Positions 11,101-26,000 of a stretch of 42,243 bases of DNA are shown in pieces. A program made the position numbers and the translations under genes. The stretch lies in the IMG/VR virus record IMGVR_UViG_3300029976_000110; one strand, 5' to 3'. A model generated the notes under the pieces. The model was not told the DNA's origin, ran no database searches, and saw only the letters and a list, made by a program, of their open reading frames with translations. Numbering within the stretch: the stretch's first letter is position 1; the number at the start of each line of letters is the position of its first letter. The DNA is from a virus. Taxonomy: Duplodnaviria > Heunggongvirae > Uroviricota > Caudoviricetes.

Positions 11101-14100
11101 ATTAAAAGAACGTGAAACTAAAGTTAAGGAATATAATCAAGCTCATATTAACGAATGGATTGATAAATTTACTAATTTAAATTTAGATAGACATCATTTA
11201 AGACTCTTACATAGTAAAATGGGAGTATTAAAAAATGAAATAATTAAATCTATTGCTTCTAAGTTTATAATTCCTAATGAAACAGCTTTATCTAATTCTA
11301 TTCGCGATGCTATAACTTCTGGAGCATCAGATGATGTTATTAGAAGTATTATCCAACAAAGTAAAGAGGATAAATATAAAAATTTATATGGTGAAATGCC
11401 TTTTATCGATCCTATTCTATTCAATCGATTATATAGAAAATTAGGAGAAGATAGAGGTAATGAAACTGATTATTTAACTTAGGGCGATATATATACTCTT
11501 TTTAATCAATGGTTAACTGAAAATCCAGATAATCAAGAATTATTAAGTGATTCTGATAATTTAGGAACAAATTACGGAACTGTTTATAATAATTTTCTAA
11601 ATTACTTATACAGTTTAATGCAGTATAATCCTACTCAAGCAGAAAATAATGGGATTACACCATAGTTATCTGGAGAAACTGAAGAACATGATTTATCTAG
11701 AGGTTTTCTTGATTATTACTCTCAAGTTTTAGATCCTAAAGAAGGCGTTTCTTTGTAGGATAAGTTTCTAAAAAATGCAGTAGCATACGCTATAAATAGA
11801 CACGTTTCTGAAATAAATGGTACAGAAATTAATGGAGAAGAATCTGCTCCTGTTAATACTCCAGGATTTTTAATTGATAATTTAGTTAACTCTGAAACAG
11901 ATTCAACATTTGGAAATATTATTGATACTATAAATGAAATTAGAGAAGAAATCAATAATAACTCTGATATTAAGACTTTTAATAAATTAGAATCTGTTAA
12001 ATATGTCAAAAACCCAGCATTGTCTGTTGTAAATCAAATTAATGATTCTGAAAATTTCTTAGAATCTATTTATGAACTATTTCAACAAGGATCAGATCAA
12101 TTTACATTATCTGAAGAATAGATGGAATAGTTGAAACAGATAATGCAAGATATGAATATTGCTAAAGCGTTCATAAAAGCAGCATCTGTTGAAGGAAGTT
12201 TATCTGAACCAATTGGACATAATAAATTCTTAAATGATTATGTTAAAAGACACAGTGATATATTTAAGAACTTTGAAGAACTTCCAGAATTAGATTCTGA
12301 TACAGCATATTTATTAATTAATGAATTAGATAGTTATCAACAAGAAATACAAAGTTGGATAGCTTTATCTAATAGAAATAAAGGAAATCAATTAAAATCT
12401 TTCATAGAAGCTAAATAGGCTTTATAGACTGCTAATATTGATTTGTATAGAAAAAATAGAGAATCATTTAAAATAACTCCAGAAGTTGACTTACTTGAAG
12501 GTTTTGAAGATCTTGAATTAGATAATTCTCTGCAATCACTTATTTTAGTTGAGAGCTTATTACATAATAACTATTTAAAAGCTATAAGTAAAGGATTAAC
12601 AGTTGAACAAATTCTTGATAAACTAATTCCAGATTTATGTAATATTAGTCGCTTAAACTATTAGGAACATACTAATTTGGATGAAAGTCTAAAGTATGAA
12701 ACATATTCTGATTATGATAAATTAATGCAGATAATAGCCAATTTTGCTATTGATGATAAATCTTTTTATTCTAAATTACTAAATATTATTAATAATAATG
12801 AAGGATTTGTACCGATTGCTATTCAAGAACAAGTACTCAAATTAGTATAGGCACAAGGTTCTAATTTAGATCTTATTAATAGGGCTTTACGTTATATTAA
12901 TTCTAAGTTAGAAATAAAACTTCCTATATTACCAAATACAACTATAGTTACTGGTGTAGCAGGTGCAGGAAAATCCTATATTATATCTAATTCAGTGGAT
13001 AATGATAGTACTACTTGGATAAGTGGTCCAACTTAGAATTAGATTGATAAATTATCAGAGAATCTTTCCAAAGCTAAACAAATAACTAAGGAAGATTTAT
13101 TAAAATTAGCATTGGGTTCTGATTATGCTGCTTTTTAGGATGAAATAGCTAAAATTGGAACGTCTAAGTCTGGAAAATATTTTAAATTAGTTGATGGCCT
13201 TAAAAATTACAAGACACTTGAATTAAAAGAAGGAGTTACTTTTAATAAAATTGATAACCCTCCTAAGAAACTGGTTATAGATGAAGCTTCTCATTTTAGT
13301 ACTGGAGAAATGTTAGCTATATCTAATTGGGCTGAATAGAATGGTATTCATGTTATTGCCATAGCAGGTAGTACACAGAATGGTTATTCTAAAAATAAAA
13401 TAGAAAATATAACTTCAGAAACAGTATTAGCTTGGAGAACTCCAAACTTATTCATGTCTTTACGTACAAATAATGTTTAGAAAACTCAAAATTTAAAAAT
13501 TCTTGATACTATTATAAATGAACTTGATAAAATAGATAATGAAACATAGTCAGAACAAGCTATGTCTGCATTGGAATCTACAGGAATTACTCTACATTAT
13601 TATAATGGAGATATTTTTGCAGGAGAGCAAATAGTATCTAAATTAGGAGATGTTTCTAAATTAAAGGGAACTGTAGCTTTTATAGGATCTGAATCTTCAG
13701 AAAACTATAAAAGGTTACAAGAGGCAGGATTAAAACCAGAATTGATTGATCCTTTAAATGTACAGGGATAGGAATATGATTATGTCATTGTTGATAAGAA
13801 TTGGGACTTCGGAGATAATCATTTTAGTAAATTCAAGGGATTAATGGATTTATATACTATGGTTAGCCGTAGTAAAAAGGGAACTATTATTATTAAAAAT
13901 AATTTACCTACTTGGATTGTATCTAAAGAAGATAATTATACTTCTGAAGCAAATACAATTACTAAAGCTCTTCCTATATTTAGAAAAGCTACAATGGAGG
14001 AATTAAATTCAGTTAAATTCCCTGATGAAGTAACTGTTGAAGCTCCAAGCGCAGAAAAACCAAAAGACATACCAAAAACTACAGAAACTTTAAAAGAAGA

Positions 14101-17041
14101 AACAAAACCTTTAGAGGATAATAAAGCCTTAAATGATCCAGAAAAAACTAAAGCTACATAGTAGGAGCAAATACATGATGCAATTGCTATATCTGGAAAT
14201 AGTTTATTAGAAAAATATCCTATAAGAGTTTATGGTAATGTATCTTTTGCAGGTATTGAAATAAATGACACGGATGAAAATAGGGTTCATATTTGGACAA
14301 ACAAAAATAGTTCATATTCTGATTTAGGTATATTTATTGATGAAAATACTACAGTTATAGATCCTAAAGAGCAAGAGAATTATGTAAAATTATTATTGCA
14401 AATTAAATGCTTATTCCATTACGGAACTGATTATTATGATAAATGCGATTCAATAATTACCAGACGATTTAGTAAAGAAAATTTTGATAATGCAAAATTT
14501 TTCATTAAAATTGAAGAAGCTAACGATAGTAACTTATTAGTAGGTTTAACTGATCTTGAAAACGAAAAGAGAGCTATTGGAAATGGAAGAATCGTCAAAT
14601 TAATTGCGAGATTTAATGATAATAATGGAAATTCATTTGATGTATCTTTAGGTGCTTTTGCTAATCCAGAAACTTGGAGAAAAGGATTAAATACCATCAA
14701 AACTTCACTAAAACAACAAATTGATGAAGGGAATACTGAGTTACAAGACTATTATAATAACTTAGATTCTTTAGTTGATCAATATGAAACTTGGGTTAAT
14801 AATAATACAACTTCTGATTAGGAAATTGAAATTGACAAACCAAACTTCAGTCAACTAACTTCTTTAGTTTAGAAAGATTAGTTGTTAAGACTAGAAAAAA
14901 TTGATCCTAGCTCACACTTTAGCCCATATAAATATGCATCTCATTATTCTGTTGATTCTCCAGTATATATTATAACTGATGATGAATTGCCATTTATAGA
15001 TAAATCATTAAAAGGAAAAGCAGTTATATTTTCTTCTTCTAATATATTCTTATCTCCAACATCATTAAAAGACATCTATATATAGGAAAAATAGTCTGAA
15101 TCAACCTCTGGAAGTGTTAGAATGTTGATTTTAGATAATTTAGGTGTTTCATTCCGTTCTTTATATGAAGAAAAGTATAAAGGTATATATACTACTGCTG
15201 TAGGAAATAGTAAATCCTTTGTTCCTTTTAGAACAGAAGATACTGGAGCACGAATGTATATAGGTGCATGGAATTTCCGAGCTAATTTGAAGAATTTTAA
15301 TGCTAGAGTTAGAGCATTTAAGCAAACATCTGGATTATCTAATGACGACATACATATTATATGTTAGTTAGATAACCAATATTATAATGAAATTCGGGAA
15401 AAAGAAGGATAGGTATTAAAAAATGGTAATAAATACTTAGATGAAGCAACTTATCGGCAACGAGTAAGTTAGGTACATCCTAATGATGTTGAAGCCTTAA
15501 AGAAAATATGGGATTTCAATGATAGTTTAGCTACTCAAGTAAGAGAATTTAGATTGGGTTATAATAAGCCTAATGGAGCATATATACGCAAACTAACACA
15601 TCTTGAATCTGGAGGTTTTTACAAAGATATTAATAATACAAATGGTATGTATATTAATCCAGAAATAGCAGAATTTTATGAATAGGTATTGGATAATTTA
15701 TTTACAAACATCTATGATAAGATTATTACTATTAATAAAGAACCAAATGTATTATTAGACAAATCTAAACTTGAAAAAGGTTGGTATAAAATAGCAGAAG
15801 ATTTTAGTAAAATTACTATTCCAGTTAATGATGAAGATGATGCTTCTCTTACATTTAATGGAACAGATGCGTTAAGTGCAATAACTTTCTTAACTATAAA
15901 AATAGGGAAATATCTTAATTATGAGCGACTATTTCCTGATTTTATGTAGAAAATTGCTGAGAGAAAACCAGAATCTAAGTGGTGTCGTTTACAATATAAT
16001 GGTGAAGAATTAGATTGGATTTCAATTATTCCAGATGATTCTAATCTTCCCGAAGGTATAACTATTGAACTGGCTGATCCCTTAACTGAATGGGATGAAA
16101 GTTCTGCAGAGGTAGGTGTCAAGCCTTATTCAACTGAAAATGGAGTTAATAAAGGTTATTTTGATGCAAAAATAACCAATTTATTTAGTTTAATGTTTCA
16201 TGGATTAATTGACTTAAAAACTCCTAATGATTTTACAAAGGGAGATATTAGAGCTACTGATGCTGCCTTTAAATTTGGTTTTATGTCTGACCCTTTAATT
16301 GCAAAAATACCACAAGAAGGAAAGAGCACTTTTGCAGGAACAGTCACCTCTAATAAATTCTATGGAACAGATGCAGTATGTGGATTACCTATTATAGGTG
16401 CTTATTTAAAACCTAAATCTACTGAAAGTTCTGAAGAAACAACTGAAAGTTCTGAAGAAACTACAATAAATCCATTATAGAAAGTTGTTGAGAAATATTA
16501 GCAACTAACTGGAATTACAAGTAATATAAATCTAGATCTATTTGAAAATGAAGAAGAAGTTAAAGATTTCTATATTGAAGAAGTTAGAAATAATCTAAAA
16601 GCTGCATTTTCTAATTAGAAGATAGATCCAAATTAGATTATTTATTATAATGATGCATTTACTAAACTAAATTCTATTATTCCTAATATTTCAGATATTG
16701 AATTTGTAAATGGTAATTTTATTATTACTACATCTGATGAAAGAACTTTTAGTATGATATTAAATAATAAAAAATTAGATATTTAGGAACAAAAGAAAGA
16801 ACAAGAAGAATCAACTTTCAAAACAGATGTTAATAACTGGCTTGAACAAAATATATTTGTAGATACAGAGGAATCTGAAAAGCAAAGTATTTTAGAACTT
16901 TTAAATACATTATACGAGCAGGCAGGAAATAATATTGGAACTAAGACTTCTAATTATATTATTAATCAATTAAAAGAAAAGTTATCTGGTTTAGGATTTG
17001 ACAATTTAGATGAACTAGACAATTTTAGAATAAACTGTTAA
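8171..17041 (+). CDS. giant crAss-like virion protein A, ~2956 aa, with an SF1 helicase domain (TAG=Gln)
   Basis: Starts MK[Q]NDWIVAKLNNPDY; 13 track ORFs from 9344 to 16193 share this frame; contains GVAGAGKS (Walker A, ~12953), LVIDEASH (Walker B, ~13271), QG[Q]EYDYV and YTMVSRSK; ends FRINC-TAA. Confidence 0.85.
16421..16462 (+). repeat. 21-bp in-frame tandem duplication (TESSEET x2)
   Basis: actgaaagttctgaagaaaca followed directly by actgaaagttctgaagaaact. Confidence 0.9.
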
Positions 17042-17042
17042 T

Positions 17043-20000
17043 ATGAATAAATGTTTATTACCAAATTATAAAGAATCTGATTACTCAAAAGTAAGTTTAA
17101 AATTATAGTCAACTGATAATCTAGATTCTTTAGTAAAATAGATTTTGGACGGATTGGAGAAGCAAAAAAGCTTCTCCATAAGTCCAGAAATGTCAGTTAA
17201 TAGAGAAGAATTTAATGATAGCGTAAATCTTTTATTAGATAAGATTATACCCGATGCCGAAAAAGTTTATACCGGGTCTAATATATCTGAATTAAGAGAT
17301 ATACTCTATAATCATTTAACTGAGTTTAAGTATACTCCAGTAGATGAGGTTATTATGGCTGTAATATCTGGAACAGATTTAGTTACAGAAGGAGAACGAC
17401 AAGAAGTTAAGTTTTCATAGCTTGTAAAGGATATTCAAGGTACGTCAAATAGCTTTATTTATAATACTATGAGATAGAATTTTTCTAAAGATATGAAAAA
17501 CAGAACTATTATAAGTGATAATGGTTTAGTTACTTCCTATGAAGATATGAATGAATCTTTAGAAGCCTACTTATCTGAACAATATTTAATTTTAAAGAAA
17601 TATTTAACTTCTATTGATGAAAATAATCAGCTTTCTTCCATTATGGGAAATAGTTTATTTATTAATCATCAATTTAATCCTGCTTCTTCAGCTACCTTAC
17701 AGGCAATGTACAATCAAATAGTTAAATTAAAAAAGAATAAAACTTTTGATGATACTATTAAGCAAGATTGGGAAAATAAAATGGTGTCTAATTCTCGTGA
17801 AATATCATTTTATGATGCAGTTGATGCATATATGAAAATTGTCTATTTTGATGATTATTTATCTACAGTATTAGGTGGATATATTAAAATAGATCATAAA
17901 ATGGACACTCCTATTGAAGTTGATGAATATGGTAAAAATAAATATAAATATTCCTTTGTTTCTGGAAATATTAATGCTGTAAAAACTTGGGGAGTAGAAG
18001 AAAGAAATGCATTATCTGAAATGAGTAAATTCTCAAAAGTTTTAATTGAGAGTATTCCTCTTTATGATTTTAATTCTAAAGTACAGAGCTATGGATATAT
18101 GCAAGTAAAAGACTTTGTTAATACAATGTCTAAATTGTTTGATTTAATTCCTTAGCTTACAAGTAATTCAAATATTCTACATAATGCTTTAATAAACTTT
18201 AAAAACAGTCCTACTGCATCTATTTAGACAGTATTTGATGTAATCTTCCGTAATCAAGATATGCTTTCAACTCTAATATCAAAAGGATTTGATGAAAATT
18301 ACTTAAATTATTTATATTCAATATATAAAACAGTATTTAGTGGCAATAATTCCTGGTTAACTATTGAAAATAAATATAAATTAAAGCATGGAATCCCTAA
18401 TACATATTCTATAGTTGATACTATATTAGGAGAAATGAACGCAAATGTTTCAGCCAACTATGTAGAAACAGTGTATGAAAAGGGAGATACTATAACTAGA
18501 ATTAGGACAAAATATAATATTAACAGAACTATTTATCAAGTTATAGATAATGCTAATGAAATAATCAATCTTTCTACTTCCTTAAAATAGGACTTATTAG
18601 ACAAATATCAAATTTCTGGAGATTCTGATTATTATATTACGGTAGGATCTAATACCATTTTAATTAGTCCTAAAGGTTCTAATAATATATTAACTAAACC
18701 CTCTCAATCTTCAAATTCTATTGATATTTCTATTAATGGTTTAAATGATATTGCTAATTTTATCCCAGATATAAGCAAGGCCACAATAAGACAAAGAATA
18801 TTTAAAGGGTAGGCATCAGACGATGAAGTAAAATTACTTTCGGTACTTAAATTCATAGATGATATGTTAGGAACTAATTTTTCCAAAGATGAGCAAGGAT
18901 TATATTCTTTTTATTTATTGCAAAAATTCAATAAGAACAATCTAAGGGAAATGATTGCATCTGCATCAAGAGGTTTATTAGTTACAAAAATATATCATGG
19001 ATTTGAAACTACACTATAGGATGGAAAGAAATACTATAGAAATGAGTTAATTAAATTTTTACAAGAACATCAAACTGAATATATTAATAATAATTTAGCT
19101 AATTTACAGAATCGCAGAAATTATTTCAGAGATATAGAAAATGAAGGAAAGCATTTAATTGTAATTTCTGGAAATGAGAATTGGTTAACTGATTACTCTA
19201 AAGTACAAGCTATTTTACGAAATGAAACTTCACAATCTACAATTAATAGTTTAACAGGTAAAAAGTTTCCTAATTATACTCCTTCATTTTTAGGTTCTTC
19301 CTTATGGTATCAAATATAGCAAGCAGCTTTAACACATTCTTGTACCGAAAATCTATTATTTACTAAAAACATTGATAAAATCAAAACTGTTGGAATTAAT
19401 TCTGAAGTTAGAACACAATTTGGAGTTAGAAAGCAAATAAAGGATTTAAATAATGGAGAATTATTATATGACTCTATTGTTAATAAATTTATAATTCCAT
19501 CTTTAGAGGGTAAATATTATTCTCAACCTACGACATACTCTGATAAAACTAAATTTATTATATATGAGATAGCTTTAAGAGAGTTACTTGAGAATAAAGA
19601 TATTTATGATTAGAATATAGAAGAGTATGTTGAACAAAAAATAATGTCAACAATAGGACAGTTCTACAAGCAATCTTGGAATGAGATGTTATAGGATTAT
19701 ATTAAATTAATATCCTATTTAAATAACTCTGGCATTGAAACAGGTATAGGAATTACTCAGAGTGTAGTAAATTATGAAACTGTTACATCTATTAATACTC
19801 AACAACTTAATAATTGGTTAAAAACTCTTTCTGAAGAAAAATTGTTAAATTATGCAGAACAATATAATAAAAATAATCCTTCAGATCATTTAACATTATA
19901 TTCTGAAACTCACTACAGAGTTGGAAAAAATGGATTAACCTTAAATGAACTTACTAATTATTATGCTAATGTTCTATATGCACATCAGAATGTGTTACAT

Positions 20001-23000
20001 TAGAGATTATATCAAGAGAAAATAAATTTAGCTAATAATTTACTTAAATATAGAGTAAAATTTAAATATAATTCAAATCCAGATAGTACTGATGCAATTA
20101 CTCTTACTGCTAAAAGAGTATTAGGAACAGAAGTAAAAGATTGGTTATCTGGCAGCTATCTTGCTGTAGGTAGAATTACTAATATAGCCACGGGTGAATC
20201 AAGATTGATTTCATACGGATAGGTTTAGTTAGAAGAAAATGAAGTATTTGAATTAAATCCTATACTTAATTCATATTTTATGATTGATAATTTAGTAGGA
20301 AACAATTTAAGATATACTCTTACTGGTTCTGAACTTAATCATAAAATTAAATCTCTAAAGAAACTTAATTTAAATAAGGAATTTAAAAATTATATTCCAA
20401 GAATTAGAGAATTAATTGGAGATACTTCTAATTTAACATTTTATGACATACAAACTGCTATTTCTAATATGCAGGAAATAACTCCAGAAGATTCTGAGAT
20501 TATATCTTTATTTAATAAATTAATTTATAATTAGGAAAATTTAGGATAGAACGCTCAATTTAAGCGTAATGTTATAATTCCAGGTACAATTCGACCCTAC
20601 ACACCTAAATGTATTAATGGAATGTCTTCAAAAATGAATATTGCTGTGGTAAAGGATGTTGCAGCAAATATTTTTAATTTTGATGGAATTGCTACTACAG
20701 AGGATGCACACGATGGCTCTGCTTGGATTAATCCTATTGCTTCTTTATTAGAAAACTGGTCTCTACAAAGTTCAGAAGTTGGAACAGTAAAAAAACCTAT
20801 ACACCATTGGATGAATAATAAATATGGAACAGCAACTTTGTTAAAATATGCTGTTGATACTATGACTAATCAATGGATGAGATAGGCAGAAGGCAACAAA
20901 AATGGTATAGTAATTAGAAATCTAATAAAGAAAATGCTCGGAGTTAGGTGGAATGGCACTATTGATTTAATAAATAGTTGTCAATTTAGAGTAAAATCTA
21001 ATATAGACTTTAAAACTGACATTCTTGCAGGTAAATCTTTATATTATAAGGATGGCTTAAAACATTATCAAATATAGGATTTTGGTTTTGAAAATGGTGC
21101 TTATTATACAGTAGAAGCAGAAGTTAATATGGTTGGAGAAGTTCAATCTGAGCCTATAAAAGTATTCCATTATTTTGATGATGAGGGAAATCACTATACT
21201 GAATTTTCTGAAGGATTACATACTATAGATTCACTTTATGAATTACATACTGCTTTAGGAGGTTTGTTCTCAGAAAGTGAAGCTGATGGAACTTTACAAT
21301 ATTCCGAAGCATCAAATGAAGCTGTTGCTAGATTTTGTAATTATGTTGCTCTTAAAAAAGAGAGTACAAATATTAAAACTGATCCTATAGATCAAGATCA
21401 TTATTATTAGCCTTTAAAGGATAAAATGATACACATGGTTGCCAATAATAGTGCAGTCAAGAACGGGGCAGGAAATATTAATCAATCTAGACGTTTATAT
21501 AACAATGAAGAATTGTCTTATATGACAATTGGAACTGAATATTATGGAGTTCAATTAGATGCAGACCATACTGCGGATGAAGCAATGTTGACTGAGTTTT
21601 CACAGGTTATATCTTCTCTTGATTCTGGAGGACAATTACATGAGTATGTAAATGAAATTTATAAAGTTCTTGGATAGACAGCTTTATCTCTTTCACAAGT
21701 AGAACTAGATGCAGTTGCTGCATTTGAAGATAGTGGAAATAAAACTCATTTATATGAAGTAATAGGACGAACTATCGTTGACAACGTATTATCAAAAAAT
21801 TCTAATTCTGCAAGTCTAACTGAAAGTATATTGAACAATATTAAGAAAGAATTTGATTTACAAGCAGACCATATATTTGATAAAGCTAAAATACCTTTCT
21901 CTGATCCAAATATATATTCTTAGATTCTTCCTACTTTTGTTTCTATTATTAATAAAAAGTCTATTAAAAGACAATTCCCTGGATCTGGAACAGTTATGGT
22001 TCCAGGATATGATTTATCAATGATATATGAAATCAATGGGGAAACTTATTAGTATGAAGATATTTTAAAACGAGCTTATCAATGGGCGGTTTAGAATAAT
22101 ATAACTTCTACTAGTTAGGATTTATATACTCGAAATAATGAAATTGTGACTGCTTATTTAGATAGTATATAGGCTGAACAACCAAATATTGAAATCAATG
22201 ATATTATGCCTACAGATAATGTTTATTCTATCTATATAGATAGGGATGGAACTTAGATTAAAAAGCATAAATCATTAAATGAAATATTTGATTATTATAA
22301 TTATACTAATCCTACTTTTAATTTATTTGGAGTAGATGAAAATAATGTTGAATTTGAAGTATCTGATAATATATTAAATCTATATATTAAAGGGCATAAA
22401 GAATTAGGATCATTTTAGTTACTCTATAATGGAGATAATTATGTTATAGAATTTAAACATTCTTCAGATATTAGTCCAGAATAGTTACAAATTCTTTCTG
22501 ATGCATTAATTGCAGCAATTCCCTATAATGCTAAAGTATCATTATCTAATATTAGTACTTCGGATAATTTTGCTCTATGGTCTAGTATTTCAGCTGATAT
22601 GATAGACACTTCTAATTCTGAAAATATTTTATTAGATGAAACTGAAGTATCTATTCCAGTAAAATAGAAAACTTGGGGAAAAACAATTTTATCTAAAGAT
22701 GTAACTGTTCCAAGAAATCTTGCTCCAGCTAAAATATCTTATATTGTTAATGGAAAAAGAATGAGCATTTATCAACATTGGAGATTAAAGGGTCTATTCT
22801 TATCTTTACAACAATTACAAAATTCTGATATTCAAAATAAGGAAGAAGAAGAAAAGCGAATAAGAGAATATTATAATCCTCAAAAGGCTTTTGAAGAAAT
22901 TGCCAATAATCAATATATCTCAGAGGAAGAAACTAGAGCTGCCATAGCTGAACAAAGAGAACCAAATGCTATATAGGTAACTGATATATAGAATATACCT

Positions 23001-26000
23001 GCTGAAATGATTGTTTCAAATCTATTTGCTTCTAAATTTGGATTAAAACCAAATACTAGTATGGCAGATATAACCGAAAAATCTTTTATTAAAAGCAATA
23101 ATATAAGATCTTCCTCTAATTTTGATATAGTGTTTACTGGAGATACTGATTCTTATATTTCCTTTAAACCTTTATTTAATAATAGTTAGTGTAAAAAAAC
23201 TAGTTGGAGAAAAAATATAAGACCCTTTACAGAATATCCATCTGATGTAACCGATAAAAATATAGTTAATACAATTTATGCTGTTTCTGATAGTAATGTT
23301 AGATTGTTTGAAATAGGTAGAGAAATTAAAGCAACTAATGTTAAAATGGAGCGCGATGGAGATGGAAAAGCTTAGTTCTATGAAACAAATGAATCTGGAG
23401 AAATTATTTCTGAAAATGGAGCAAAGAAAAAAGCTAAAGGAACTTATAAACTCGCTAATGATGGTTCTATTATTCAAGTAATAGAATTTGTTACAAAATA
23501 TAGAGTTAAAGAGAAAGGTAAACGTTCAGTAGCATACGAAATTAATAAGGATGCTATCAAACGAGTATTTTTAAAGAGAAAATATTCTGAAGAGGAATTA
23601 TTATTAAGGAATCCAGACGGTTCTATACAAGTAGATGATCAAGGATTTCCCAAAAAGCTAACTGAAGAGTAGAAGTTTAACACCGAAGTAAATAATTTTA
23701 TTGGTAATTTATTAGGTAAAATTTATTCTAGTTCTAATCATGACGGAGTATAGTTAAATAATCAAATGAGTATGATTTCTGGAAATATTCTTAGTTCTTC
23801 TGCTTGGAATAGCTTTACTAGTTAGTTGTAGTATAATTCTAACTTATATAATTATCTTTAGAATTTAAAACCTCTTTTAACTGCTGGCAAAGAAAATTAC
23901 ACTGTTAATAAAAGACGAATGTCTCAAGCATTAACTAAATATAATGAAGATACAGCTAAAGAAAGATTTGTTTCTTTTTTGAAATCAAAATACTTTACTG
24001 TGGCTCGTATTCCGGCACAAACTTTACAATCTTTCATGTAGATGAAAGCTGTCGGGTTTACTCAAGTGCCAAACGCACAATGTTTTGTATCACATTGGCA
24101 GACATGGCTACAAGGGAGCGACTATAAACCTAAAAATCTTCCTTGCAGCTTAATTAAATAAAAAATCTTATTGTAGTCGTTAAACTTCGTGAATTGTCGG
24201 GAAATTCCTTAGAGCTTTTTCTACTAAACTAATTTAGTAATAAGTTAGTGGTGATAATTAACTATTATCAGTATAGTAACAAGGGAAAATATTGGATAAT
24301 CCGCAGCTAAATGTCCTAGATAAAATTTATGTCAAATAATCTGTAAGTTGACAAATTATTTATTAAATTTGTAGGATGAAAGTTCACAGACTATCCCATA
24401 AGGGAGTAGGAACTTTTATTTAATATCAAACTAAAAATATTAGATAAATGGTAAGAAGAATTTATTACTCAGCAAAAGCTGATTCCGAAGTGCGAAGCAT
24501 CTAGCAATAGATGAAGATATAGTCGGGCTTATATTGAAAGATATAAGAATAACTGGATATAGATAAGGCTTACATAATGGGTCTTAACTTTGATAACAAC
24601 GGTAAATATATTGGATGGAGTAATTTATTTGATTATTCTTCAATTGAAGCACTTTAGGCTTCAGAATATTTACCAATGCCAGAAGGAAAGCGATATAATT
24701 TTGATAAAAATGGAGTTGATATATCTACTTATGTTGATCAAATTATACAAGCTGAACAAAATAATGATAAGGTATCTCGTATAAAACTATATGTAGAACT
24801 TTTAAAGGCTATTAAAGATACTGATAAAGTTTCTTATAATGGTCAAAATAATGAAAATTTATAGCAGATATTAAAAAATATTAATCTACATCAATCAACT
24901 AAATTACCTTTATCTTTAACTGAAGGAGCTTAGAAGAATTTTATTTCTTCTCATATATAGAATACGATTCAAGATCTTCGTAATATGGTTAAGGCTTATG
25001 CTCCTATAGATATGGAGATATTTCGAGATGCTTCTTAGTTAAGTCCTAAAACTTCTGAAGCGAATCAATTAACATTATTAAATCCTGCTACCAAATTTAT
25101 AATGTAGTTTTAGAATATAACAGGTAAGAATGTAATTGGTATTGCGGCCAACGGAGAAAAAGGATCTTTTATGTGGCATTATTATCTAAATGATATGATG
25201 AAGCATCCAGAGAAGTATAATATTGAGAATGGGATGTTTGAATTTAAAACAAATAGAATATTAGGCAGGTCTTTAGGATCTCCTACTGCTCAAACTATTA
25301 CAATGTTACCAGACGTTAGGGTAGCAGCGGATTGGGCACTCAAACATCCTGATAAACCAATATATCGACTTACAGGTAATTTAGCAGTTGACTTAATGAT
25401 CAGTTAGGTGCTATCTGCGGCCACCGATTCTCGTATGCAGCAATAATTATTTTGTTATTTCAGAAATTAGTATTATATTTGTATATAAATTAAAATTATA
25501 TAGGTATGAATAAAATTTCTGAAGAAACTATTGGAAAAATTAAAGATCTTTATGATCAAGGCTTTAGCAATTAAAATGGCTAAAAGAAAAATGGAATATA
25601 GATTGTTCCAAACATAAGAACTCATCTAATTTCACTATCTATTTAAAAGAAGCCACTAGACTTACATTTGAACAATTAATTTTTCCATACATGCTGCCAT
25701 CTATGTATTATAAGCTAAAGTACATAGACACACTACAAGCATAGTCGGTGTAAAACTACGTGAACTCAGGAAAAACCCTTAGAACTTTAACTACCAAGCA
25801 TAAGTAGTAATACATTATGTGGCTTAATTAACTATTAAGGTATGGTAAAAAGATTAAAGATTGGGCAATCCTGATCCAAGCTTCCTAATGGAGGAAGAAG
25901 GAGCAACGACTATCGAAAACACATCTAAACAAGATGAAAGTGAGTAGAGTAGGGAAACTGAAGTGCGTAGACTTGTTTTTACAAGTATGATATAGTCTGA

